From a virus (Duplodnaviria; Caudoviricetes), in IMG/VR virus record IMGVR_UViG_3300043419_000785, positions 1-62,008 of that record: 62,008 nt of DNA. One strand, given 5' to 3'. Each line of letters opens with the position of its first letter. Positions within the stretch are counted from its first letter, which is position 1. Made by a program: the position numbers and the translations under genes. Shown in pieces: positions 39,088 through 47,047 of the stretch. The notes beneath the pieces are model-generated. The model was not told where the DNA came from, ran no database searches, and saw only the letters and a program-made list of their open reading frames with translations.

Positions 39088-39405
39088 ATGGAAATTAGAC
39101 CAAGAGGTTTGGTGCGCCTTGATTGCATCGTTGTTACGGCAGTTAGTTTCATCGATTGGTTGGATTTATTGGTAGAGCTGAAAGAGATTACACCTCGCCA
39201 AGCAAAACTAATCGGCAAGCCAATTCGCCGCGAGATGCGAAAAACCGAGGGTAATTTCAAGTTATACGACATACGTGTATTGCTTGATGCAGGTTACGAG
39301 GGCGAGTGGTCGCCGGCGATTCATAATAACTGGCATCACTTAATCCAGTTATGCGCCAAAGACCTCAAGACATCGGAGGCGAATGACTTCTATGTGAGAG
39401 CATAG
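39088..39405 (+). CDS. Cassette 6 second protein (105 aa)
   Basis: Abuts the previous stop; ends at the terminator. Confidence 0.7.
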   Translation: MEIRPRGLVRLDCIVVTAVSFIDWLDLLVELKEITPRQAKLIGKPIRREMRKTEGNFKLYDIRVLLDAGYEGEWSPAIHNNWHHLIQLCAKDLKTSEANDFYVRA

Positions 39406-39408
39406 ACC

Positions 39409-39435
39409 GGAGGGCGAAAGCCCTCCATTTTTTTT
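39409..39435 (+). terminator. Intrinsic terminator
   Basis: GGAGGGC-GAAA-GCCCTCC + AT8. Confidence 0.9.
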
Positions 39436-39461
39436 GTTCGGCGCGGCGGAGCACACAAGCA

Positions 39462-39569
39462 CCACGCTAGTAATGCCAACATAGTCAAAACAGACAAACT
39501 ACATCATCCTCGCAGGTATGGATTGGCTACGGTTGGCGATACCTCCGCATTTGTACCTTTATGATGTAA
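39462..39569 (+). repeat. Cassette element copy 7
   Basis: Same boxes and spacing. Confidence 0.92.
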
Positions 39570-39608
39570 GCATGGTGCTTACACTGTTATCGTTTGAAGG
39601 ATACTAGC

Positions 39609-40412
39609 ATGTTTACAAAGCATGGCATGTCTCGACATAACACGTTCCTGCTATGGGCAGGACCCTCTGCAATCGATGGTGCACCTATCGGTTTGTTTGT
39701 GTCAGGATTGGCGAATCGTTCGCGCAATCGTAAAACAGGTGCAATGATTCAAACGTACATCATGCGTTTGGATGTCGACCCTGTATTTGCAATCGCAAAT
39801 GGGTTGGATGGTAGCATCTGCGGCATCGGAAAGAATCGATGCCCACACATGATGCAGGAACGCCGCAACGGTAATCGTGTCAAAATGATGCGTACCTGCT
39901 ACGTCAATGTTGGGCAGGGTCCATTGACAATATGGCGTGCATGGGAACGTGGAAACGTACCGATGCCAGACGTCCACACGGTACAGCGTGCAATCGCGGC
40001 GACGGGTCGCCCATTGCGAATGGGTGCATATGGCGACCCTGCGGCGATACCTCAACACGTGTGGGAGAGCATCCTACCGTTTGCGACGGGTCGCACGGGT
40101 TACACCCATCAATGGAACAACAAGATAGGATGGTGGCTTAAAGGTACCGTCATGGCGTCATGTGACAGCCCAGACGACCACCACCGTGCTGTCAATGTAG
40201 GGTGGGGAACGTTTACCGTTCTTCCGCATGACAACTACAAACAGTTGTTCAAATCATTGACACGTACCACGTCGTGCGTGTCCGACCCACAATTCAAGGG
40301 TCGGATGGAATTGATACCGTGTGAACGGTGCCTAAAGTGTGATGGCACACGTAACGTAGCGATACGTGCCCACGGCCCGTCAGAAAAGTGGGTAACCTTA
40401 CCCACCATCTGA
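39609..40412 (+). CDS. Cassette 7 conserved Cys-rich phage protein (gp88-like, possibly Fe-S) (267 aa)
   Basis: N.KTG.MIQT, SICG...CP...CYV, R.GAYGDP, GYTHQW, C..C.KCDG...I.AHG. Confidence 0.6.
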   Translation: MFTKHGMSRHNTFLLWAGPSAIDGAPIGLFVSGLANRSRNRKTGAMIQTYIMRLDVDPVFAIANGLDGSICGIGKNRCPHMMQERRNGNRVKMMRTCYVNVGQGPLTIWRAWERGNVPMPDVHTVQRAIAATGRPLRMGAYGDPAAIPQHVWESILPFATGRTGYTHQWNNKIGWWLKGTVMASCDSPDDHHRAVNVGWGTFTVLPHDNYKQLFKSLTRTTSCVSDPQFKGRMELIPCERCLKCDGTRNVAIRAHGPSEKWVTLPTI

Positions 40413-40415
40413 CAC

Positions 40416-40442
40416 AGGGAGGCGAAAGCCTCCCTCTTTTTT
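40416..40442 (+). terminator. Intrinsic terminator
   Basis: AGGGAGGC-GAAA-GCCTCCCT followed by a T-run. Confidence 0.9.
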
Positions 40443-40469
40443 GTGCCAGCTGCCAGGAGCACAAACACA

Positions 40470-40567
40470 CCACGCTAGTATTGAAAAATAGGGCAGGAGC
40501 CACAATCTACACAATCCTCGCAGGTATGGGTTGGCTACAGTTGACCCGCCCGACAGATGTGTACTTA
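40470..40567 (+). repeat. Cassette element copy 8
   Basis: Same spacing up to TGTACTTA at 40560; hairpin displaced downstream. Confidence 0.9.
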
Positions 40568-40630
40568 TATATTGTTCAAGGGTGTAGCGTACATTGACTA
40601 CATCACTTAGGACGTGTTGGAGAAACCACC

Positions 40631-41173
40631 ATGGACAATCAGTCCAAACGCATCGCAGACCTCGTCATCGAACTCATCGGAGCCATGAAGGTCGAACTGA
40701 CCCCGACTGGTTGCAAGGTTGAGGACATCCTCGGCTACATCGACGATGGCATCGCTCCTATCAAGCAGGAGTTTGTCGAGAACGTCTGCCGCATCGACAT
40801 CAACCACGACAACTACACTCTTGTGAACAACGAGCGTGTAGCCGACCTCACCGAGAAGGTAGACGAGGCAATCAACGACATCTCTTCGCTTGAGAGTCGT
40901 ATCGATGACCTCGAGTCCGACGACAAGGACATCGATGTCGAGGGTGAGATTGAGGCATTCCTTGACAACTACAAGGGGCAAAACCTCATCAGCTCTGCCG
41001 TGTCCGAAGCCATCGACAAGGACGAACTCATCGGCGACATCACCGATAGCGTCAAGGACGACATCGAATGGCTGCTCGATGACGACCAGTTCAGAACAAC
41101 GGTACGCCGTATTGTTCAGGAGGAGATCAAGAATGCATTGCAAGTCTTGGTCGCTCATTGGGAAGCCAATTGA
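40631..41173 (+). CDS. Cassette 8 highly acidic helical protein (180 aa)
   Basis: About 45 D/E vs about 17 K/R by hand count; visibly C-ending codons. Confidence 0.8.
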   Translation: MDNQSKRIADLVIELIGAMKVELTPTGCKVEDILGYIDDGIAPIKQEFVENVCRIDINHDNYTLVNNERVADLTEKVDEAINDISSLESRIDDLESDDKDIDVEGEIEAFLDNYKGQNLISSAVSEAIDKDELIGDITDSVKDDIEWLLDDDQFRTTVRRIVQEEIKNALQVLVAHWEAN

Positions 41174-41176
41174 GTT

Positions 41177-41208
41177 GGGTGGGGGGCTTCGGCTCCCTGC
41201 CTTTTTTT
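41177..41208 (+). terminator. Intrinsic terminator
   Basis: G-rich stem, TTCG loop, T7. Confidence 0.85.
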
Positions 41209-41234
41209 GTGTGCAGATTGGGAGCACAACACAC

Positions 41235-41332
41235 CCACGCTAGTATTGCCAACATAGACAGCCCCCACAATCTATATCGCCCACGCAGGTACCGTTCGCA
41301 TTCGGTCTGCCAGATTGTGGCACGTGTACAAT
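41235..41332 (+). repeat. Cassette element copy 9 (diverged)
   Basis: Box 1 at 41235, box 2 at 41281, TGTACAAT at 41325; spacing preserved. Confidence 0.85.
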
Positions 41333-41357
41333 TACTTTGCAGGTGGTGTGGTATGCA

Positions 41358-41418
41358 GATTCTGCACCCTCCCCTGTGACGTTACGACACGGAGGGGGTC
41401 GATTTCTGCACCCCTCCC
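41358..41418 (-). promoter_or_regulatory. Two inverted copies of the initiator iteron
   Basis: GATTCTGCACCCTCCCC and GTCGATTTCTGCACCCCTCCC nearly match the reverse complement of 48517-48537. Confidence 0.75.
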
Positions 41419-41624
41419 GTAGGCACGTAGGAGCCTCATACACGGACTCTACAAGAGTTCCAATATAGATGTATCAAAACAGGGGTTTCCTGTCTATTTC
41501 GTCCATATTTTCGCCTCTGGGCACAAGTTTGCTTGTCACAGATGTGGTGTATGTGAGCGATAGTGTCTTGTGTTGTGTTGTCTGGCTGTGTTCTTGTTTG
41601 ATTTGATTCTACGGAGGTTTGAGA

Positions 41625-42080
41625 ATGTCAGATTATTTGAATGGTGACCGTCCCGTCCTTATCGCAGAGGGACATCGTTTGGTTGAGGGTGTTCGTGTGA
41701 TGTTGTCACAAGGCGTCCCTGTGTGGCATGGTCAACTCTGGCTTGGCTTGTCCAAGTGGGGTATTGACGCACAGATGGTCGAGGACTTGTTCGAGCATCA
41801 TTACAACGAGGTGTCCGAGGAGGATGCAGAGGATGGTGCATTGACGAGCATGCCGCGGTGCATGCCGTTTGGTGAGTACCTTCGTATCCTTGCGGATGTG
41901 ATTGGTTTGGATGTTGTGATTGGTGATGTATGGGACTACGTGCATGGTCACGTTGACGCATGCGACGACCTTGGTGAGAATTACGACTACGCATTCACGT
42001 GGTTGCTCAACGAACTGGGTACGTTGCTTCCTGAGTTTGACGACCATCTGTTGTTGATGGAATTGGAGGTGGTTGCATGA
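41625..42080 (+). CDS. Hypothetical acidic protein (151 aa)
   Basis: GGAGGT Shine-Dalgarno. Confidence 0.7.
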   Translation: MSDYLNGDRPVLIAEGHRLVEGVRVMLSQGVPVWHGQLWLGLSKWGIDAQMVEDLFEHHYNEVSEEDAEDGALTSMPRCMPFGEYLRILADVIGLDVVIGDVWDYVHGHVDACDDLGENYDYAFTWLLNELGTLLPEFDDHLLLMELEVVA

Positions 42081-42430
42081 GTATGACAGTGTTGCCCGAC
42101 ATCAAGTCTCGCTTGGTGAAGGGTTCATCGCATATGGCTGGGTTGTTCAGTCGCTGTGCTTTCAGTAATCAGGGTTACTCATTCCAGTGTGACCGAAAGT
42201 GTCCGACGAAGTACAAGCGAGTCTTCGAGTTGACTGACGTACATGAGATGGAGTTGGTGATGACATTGCGTTACGCTATGCCCACTACCATGTTCCTTGT
42301 CACTAGCATCAACTGGGAGGACGACCCAGAGACGTGTTGGCGTGTTGAGTGGGAGAGTTATGGCATGCGGTACCGCATCCAGTTCTTCTACCCTAGATTT
42401 ATTAATATGGAGGTTGAGAGCGATGTCTAA
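42077..42430 (+). CDS. Hypothetical protein (117 aa)
   Basis: GGAGGT Shine-Dalgarno; ATGA overlap. Confidence 0.7.
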   Translation: MSMTVLPDIKSRLVKGSSHMAGLFSRCAFSNQGYSFQCDRKCPTKYKRVFELTDVHEMELVMTLRYAMPTTMFLVTSINWEDDPETCWRVEWESYGMRYRIQFFYPRFINMEVESDV

Positions 42431-42788
42431 GCATCCTTGTTGGAATATCGGTGCGTCCGAGCGTGCCTTGTTTGGTGCTGTTGATACTGCCATCGGTGAG
42501 CAGTTCATGTGTTGGCAATGTGCAGAGGGGGCTGGTCAGCCCCTGACGCATGAGTCATTTCATGTCATCACAGCACACGACATCGTTGATACTGGACTTT
42601 GGTTCAAGTGCGACAGATGCGGTGATGCGATTGATGAAGACATCCTGCTTGGTGTGGAGCCAGTCTACTCCTTGCCACAGAAGGACATGCCTGAGCAGGA
42701 CGTCGAGCGGTTCATGGAGGAGACTGCGGCAACGCAGTATGCCGACCATGTTGCAGAGTTGAAGGAAAGGGAGAGGTTGGACTTTTGA
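42423..42788 (+). CDS. Hypothetical protein with two CxxC motifs (121 aa)
   Basis: GGAGGT Shine-Dalgarno; CWQC, CDRC. Confidence 0.7.
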   Translation: MSKHPCWNIGASERALFGAVDTAIGEQFMCWQCAEGAGQPLTHESFHVITAHDIVDTGLWFKCDRCGDAIDEDILLGVEPVYSLPQKDMPEQDVERFMEETAATQYADHVAELKERERLDF

Positions 42789-43042
42789 AGAAGTTGAATT
42801 ATGTGGAATTGGATAACTGCCGTGAGCAGTATGCCGTCATCAACATCGTGACAGGAAAGGCTGATTCGTACGAACGGCACACGACTGCGGAGGCATCTGC
42901 ACGAAGAAGATCGCATTGCGGTCACACTCAGGTGGTCATTGACCTGCACACTGGTCGCATCACTGACGTGTTCGGAGCAGACTCACGCTTGACCGTGGGC
43001 ATCATGGGCGTACGCTTCGAGGAGTATCTTGACAATGAGTGA
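42785..43042 (+). CDS. Hypothetical protein (85 aa)
   Basis: TTGA overlap; GAGG Shine-Dalgarno. Confidence 0.6.
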   Translation: MKKLNYVELDNCREQYAVINIVTGKADSYERHTTAEASARRRSHCGHTQVVIDLHTGRITDVFGADSRLTVGIMGVRFEEYLDNE

Positions 43043-43247
43043 CAAACGCTATGACGGATGCATCACCGTCGACAAGACTGCGAAGACTGTTCAGATTTAC
43101 CGTTATGTGAGTTACAGCAACGGTCAGAACAATCTGCTCGACAACAGCACACACAAGTTCGACACCGTCGAAGACGCCATGCAGTTCGCAGAGCGAATGC
43201 ACGGGCACTACAAGAAAGACGGCGTGAGTCTGGTCGTAACCGACTAG
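43035..43247 (+). CDS. Hypothetical protein (70 aa)
   Basis: AGGAG Shine-Dalgarno. Confidence 0.65.
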   Translation: MSDKRYDGCITVDKTAKTVQIYRYVSYSNGQNNLLDNSTHKFDTVEDAMQFAERMHGHYKKDGVSLVVTD

Positions 43248-43295
43248 GCACGATGCCCTGCTGGTGGGGCGAAACACCAGCACAGGAGGTTTAGA

Positions 43296-43958
43296 ATGTT
43301 AGTTATCAGTTATGTGTATCGTGACCACGACGATAAGCTCGTCCTCGACAAGAAGCCCGTTTGTGCAATCGACAGCAAGACAATGCTTCATGACCTGCGT
43401 ACGGCATTGACCACGCTTGATTGGCACTCAATGTCTTGTGCCCTCACCACTGAGGACGCTGAACGCACCATCGAAGAGCATGTCAACCCATACACCCATG
43501 CGGCGTTCCTGCACAGTGCAAGCATCAATGGCTACCTGCAACAAGAGGCATATGCGTGGTTGCACTTGAATACAGCCTGGACTTTTGGCGACATCATCCC
43601 CGAGTTCGAGGCATGCGTCGAGCGTGAGGGATGCATCAGCACAGAATTGGTGATGGACACGATTCGCATGTGTATCGGTCTCCGTTGCAACAAGACGCTC
43701 GTGCAAGTGCAAGAGCAGTTCTACGAAGTCGATGACACCGAGTGGAGGCGTGACTACTTGATTGCCATCGAACGCATGGACGGACAACGCATCTCGTTCC
43801 GCTTCGAGTGTGGTGAATACGAGAATCGTGTGAAAGAAATCGAAGTACGTGCACGTGAGAGCGGAGACTGCAACCGTAGTGTTCACCGCTTCCCATTGCA
43901 GTCCCTGAGCGTACACCAACTGCGGGATCTTGGCGGGTTCGCATACAAACTCGACTAG
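43296..43958 (+). CDS. Hypothetical protein (220 aa)
   Basis: AGGAGGT Shine-Dalgarno; ends at the terminator. Confidence 0.75.
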   Translation: MLVISYVYRDHDDKLVLDKKPVCAIDSKTMLHDLRTALTTLDWHSMSCALTTEDAERTIEEHVNPYTHAAFLHSASINGYLQQEAYAWLHLNTAWTFGDIIPEFEACVEREGCISTELVMDTIRMCIGLRCNKTLVQVQEQFYEVDDTEWRRDYLIAIERMDGQRISFRFECGEYENRVKEIEVRARESGDCNRSVHRFPLQSLSVHQLRDLGGFAYKLD

Positions 43959-43960
43959 GC

Positions 43961-43987
43961 AGAGGGGCGAAAGCCCCTCTTTTTTTT
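43961..43987 (+). terminator. Intrinsic terminator
   Basis: AGAGGGGC-GAAA-GCCCCTCT followed by a T-run. Confidence 0.9.
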
Positions 43988-44002
43988 GGTTGTCAAAAGC
44001 AT

Positions 44003-44062
44003 CACACACACCCGCAGGTACAGCTCTGATTCTAGTTGCCGGCTGTTGCAGTTGTGTGGTTT
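44003..44062 (+). repeat. Cassette element copy 10 (internally deleted)
   Basis: CACACACA leader joined directly to CCCGCAGGTA, then TAGTTG. Confidence 0.65.
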
Positions 44063-44247
44063 AGTGCAAGATTGTGTTTTGGACACAACAAGTCATTTGA
44101 TTGAAGGAGTAAAGGATTGTTACATTTATTGCACCAGTTGATAGCCATCGCTATCATCTTGTTTTTCTTGTCGGGCGTTCTCGTTACCATCTACCATGTG
44201 GGACGGGGAGTGGTTGAATTCATTGTTGTTGCATCGAGGATATTGAA

Positions 44248-44691
44248 ATGACACGTAGTGATGCTGATGCAGTAGTGCATCTATTGATGAGCGAGTGGTC
44301 GAAGAACGCAGAGCCAGACCTGCAGCCTAAGTGGAATAAAGTCGCACCATTCATTTGGAAAAGCCCTAACGAGGTATACAAGTGCACGCTCAACTGGCTT
44401 GAATGGGACTTGTCGATTGTTACCTTTGATGTACCTAAGTCAATCAAGGGACTTGATGTCAATCGTGTACCTAACAGTCAGCACATCGTGCTGGTTGAAG
44501 ATTTGTTGACAGAGGACGGAAATCCTATCATCGTTCATGCTCAGGTCGCACAAACTAAGTACCCAGAGCAAAAACATGTACCTCTGTCCGCACCAGAAAT
44601 TTGCGATTCGTTCTTGGCTGGCGAGTGGACACCCTGGTGGACGTGCCGATGTTGCCATATGCGTAAACAACTACGCATCAAGCCGCAATGA
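44248..44691 (+). CDS. Hypothetical protein (147 aa)
   Basis: GAGG Shine-Dalgarno; coupled to the next gene. Confidence 0.6.
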   Translation: MTRSDADAVVHLLMSEWSKNAEPDLQPKWNKVAPFIWKSPNEVYKCTLNWLEWDLSIVTFDVPKSIKGLDVNRVPNSQHIVLVEDLLTEDGNPIIVHAQVAQTKYPEQKHVPLSAPEICDSFLAGEWTPWWTCRCCHMRKQLRIKPQ

Positions 44692-45197
44692 CATACTACA
44701 GAGTCACGTCTGGATACAAAACAGAGTGGTTCATTGATAAGGAACATGCCCATTCAGTTGCTACTGAGTGGGCGCGCTCTGCTGTCATAGACAAACAAAC
44801 AACCACCGTGGCTGTAGATGCTTACGTTATCAGCATGCGTTCCACTGAACGGCTCCTAGCTGCCCTAAATGGGCAACATCCAGCCCGGCGTCATTACATG
44901 ATTGGCATCGACAACGGTGTCATTACTGTTGAACAGAAATGGAAACGCAAGCGACAGAAGATCCACCTCGACCCCATCACGTCATACGCACATCCAACAC
45001 ACATACACGCTGATTGGATTGCTACAGTGCACGCAAACACGGAGATTGAGGACTTATTCAGGCGCGCTCCTGACCACAAGGCATGCTACATGGCATGCAA
45101 TATCGCCCAGGTTCACACATCTGCCAAAGGATACAAACTTACCCTGGGATTATGCCGATATTGCTGGGATTGGGTGCATTCAGTAAAGCGTAAATGA
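44688..45197 (+). CDS. Hypothetical protein with C-terminal Cys cluster (169 aa)
   Basis: ATGA overlap. Confidence 0.6.
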   Translation: MTYYRVTSGYKTEWFIDKEHAHSVATEWARSAVIDKQTTTVAVDAYVISMRSTERLLAALNGQHPARRHYMIGIDNGVITVEQKWKRKRQKIHLDPITSYAHPTHIHADWIATVHANTEIEDLFRRAPDHKACYMACNIAQVHTSAKGYKLTLGLCRYCWDWVHSVKRK

Positions 45198-45373
45198 CGG
45201 CGTAGATAAAAGTATTTTGCTACGCACACTAGATTGGCGTAAGATGAACTACTACGCCAGTAGAAATAACAGCAGCCCCACCCGGAGTACTAGGTGGAGC
45301 TGCTGCAAGGAACAAGAGGAGGTTTGAATCGTTCAGGGCAGATTCAACATAATCATACCACACGAGGTGGGTC

Positions 45374-45781
45374 ATGAAAGAAGAGTCTGCACTGCAACTA
45401 CTCGTCAAGAACACACTTGGTTTTCTTGGCTACACAGTCATTGAGACAGGCAAAGCAAGACGTAAAGTCCAATGTCCACGGTGCAAAAACATGCACTACC
45501 CCACAGGGTGGCAAGGAAACACGCTTGGTTGTCCTGACCTCTACATACATTGCCCACACTGGAAGATGCCAGTTGCCATAGCAGTCGAACTCAAGACTGC
45601 AAAGGGCGCTGTCCGTTCTGAACAGAAGGCAATGGCAGACCAGAAGATGACTGTTATATGCCGAAGCGTTACACAAGTGATTGAAACCGTACTGGAGTAC
45701 GAAAAGCTGTACGGAGAATCCGTTCAGTGCGACCGTCTAGAAAGGTTTATTGCCCGTAATGAAGTTTCCTGCAAACTATAA
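45374..45781 (+). CDS. VRR-NUC / PD-(D/E)xK nuclease
   Basis: E..LQ...GCPDL...VELKTAKG...EQK. Confidence 0.8.
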   Translation: MKEESALQLLVKNTLGFLGYTVIETGKARRKVQCPRCKNMHYPTGWQGNTLGCPDLYIHCPHWKMPVAIAVELKTAKGAVRSEQKAMADQKMTVICRSVTQVIETVLEYEKLYGESVQCDRLERFIARNEVSCKL

Positions 45782-46427
45782 CTACATCGTTCCAGATGAC
45801 CACCGAGCGTTGGTCTACTATGCATCCGCTGACAACGACAGCGTGCTTGCCGTTGAAACTGTCAACCATCGTGCTATCGTCTTGGCTAACACACCAGAGG
45901 AAGTCCTTGAAGTCGCCAAGCAGTTCAGCGATGACTCTTACACTGCTGGCGTAACAACATGGCACACACTCAGCGTTGATTGGCGAATGGCTATCTACAA
46001 TGGCGAACTCGTACTCATCAAGGGCGGTTTGACATGGCAAGCGACTGGGCTGACAGAAGCACCTGCACATGACGCATCTCTTGTTTGTGACCCATACACC
46101 TGGGCATATGTCGTCAAGGTTGGCGATGCTTACGTTGAACGTGACGGCGGTGTTGTTATTGGTGCTACACCTGCTGACCTTATGGTGCAGCTCGAAGGAT
46201 TCGACGTTGGTTCACTAGCCGAAGTCGGCAATGACGTTGTTGCAATCCCTCTGCTTCAACTAGCCAACAGCCAAGTGACCGCCATGTATCGTGGACAACT
46301 GCATGATGTAGCACAAGTCATGATGCGTAACACAGCATTCCTGATGGATCTTGTGAAGAACACTAGCCCAGCAGATGCTGTTGACCCTGAGCAGAACATT
46401 ATCAACAAGTTGGAGGAGACCGAATGA
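45759..46427 (+). CDS. Hypothetical protein (222 aa)
   Basis: AAGGT Shine-Dalgarno; coupled to the next gene. Confidence 0.65.
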   Translation: MKFPANYNYIVPDDHRALVYYASADNDSVLAVETVNHRAIVLANTPEEVLEVAKQFSDDSYTAGVTTWHTLSVDWRMAIYNGELVLIKGGLTWQATGLTEAPAHDASLVCDPYTWAYVVKVGDAYVERDGGVVIGATPADLMVQLEGFDVGSLAEVGNDVVAIPLLQLANSQVTAMYRGQLHDVAQVMMRNTAFLMDLVKNTSPADAVDPEQNIINKLEETE

Positions 46428-47047
46428 AGATAGAAGACCATCTCATTAAGATGAAAGGGGGCAAGCTTTATGCCCCCGTGTATGTTCGCATCGCATTGTT
46501 TCGTGAAGACCATCCAGTCGCTGACGGATGGGGCATCAATGCTGAGGTCATCAGCACTGATGAAACATCGTGCTTGTCACGTGCTGAGATTGTTGACCCA
46601 CAAGGTCGTGTCGTAGCAACTGGACACAAGCGTGAGCACAAGTCGCACTTCCCAGACTTTGAAGAGAAGAGTCTCACAGGCGCGGTTGGTCGTGCCCTGC
46701 TTATGGCTGGCTACGGCACACAGTACGCTCTTGACGAGTTGGACGAAGGAGAACGCATTGTGGATACACCTATCCCAGCACCAGCACAGGTAAAGGCACA
46801 GCCTACTGTGGAGAAGGCACCAAACCCATTCATTCAGCAGTGCCGGCGCCTATGGGGCGTTGACATCACCACCGAGGATTGCAAGGCAATCTTCACACGA
46901 GCCTGGCCAACAAGCACGGCAAATGCGGAGTCACTTGCAGCCGCAGCAACAGTACTTGGAAGTTATGCCGATGCAGAGGAAGCAGAGGCTGACTTGTTCA
47001 TGGAGAACGCACCTGAAATGGGGCAAGCCCCGGGAGTAACATCATAA
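46424..47047 (+). CDS. Rad52/Sak-like single-strand annealing protein
   Basis: Y..V..RI..FR..HP...ATGH..E...EK..T.AVGRAL...G.G. Confidence 0.65.
   Translation: MKIEDHLIKMKGGKLYAPVYVRIALFREDHPVADGWGINAEVISTDETSCLSRAEIVDPQGRVVATGHKREHKSHFPDFEEKSLTGAVGRALLMAGYGTQYALDELDEGERIVDTPIPAPAQVKAQPTVEKAPNPFIQQCRRLWGVDITTEDCKAIFTRAWPTSTANAESLAAAATVLGSYADAEEAEADLFMENAPEMGQAPGVTS

Noticed and set aside
35910-41332. CRISPR array interpretation of the repeats
   Set aside because: Repeats are ~108 bp and degenerate, intervening DNA is hundreds of bp with full genes, and no cas genes are present.
43245-43282. Hammerhead ribozyme
   Set aside because: It has a stem followed by GAAA but lacks the CUGANGA core.
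35910-44062. Classical integron with attC sites
   Set aside because: No tyrosine recombinase was found, the elements are not long imperfect palindromes, and each cassette appears to have its own promoter-like element and terminator.
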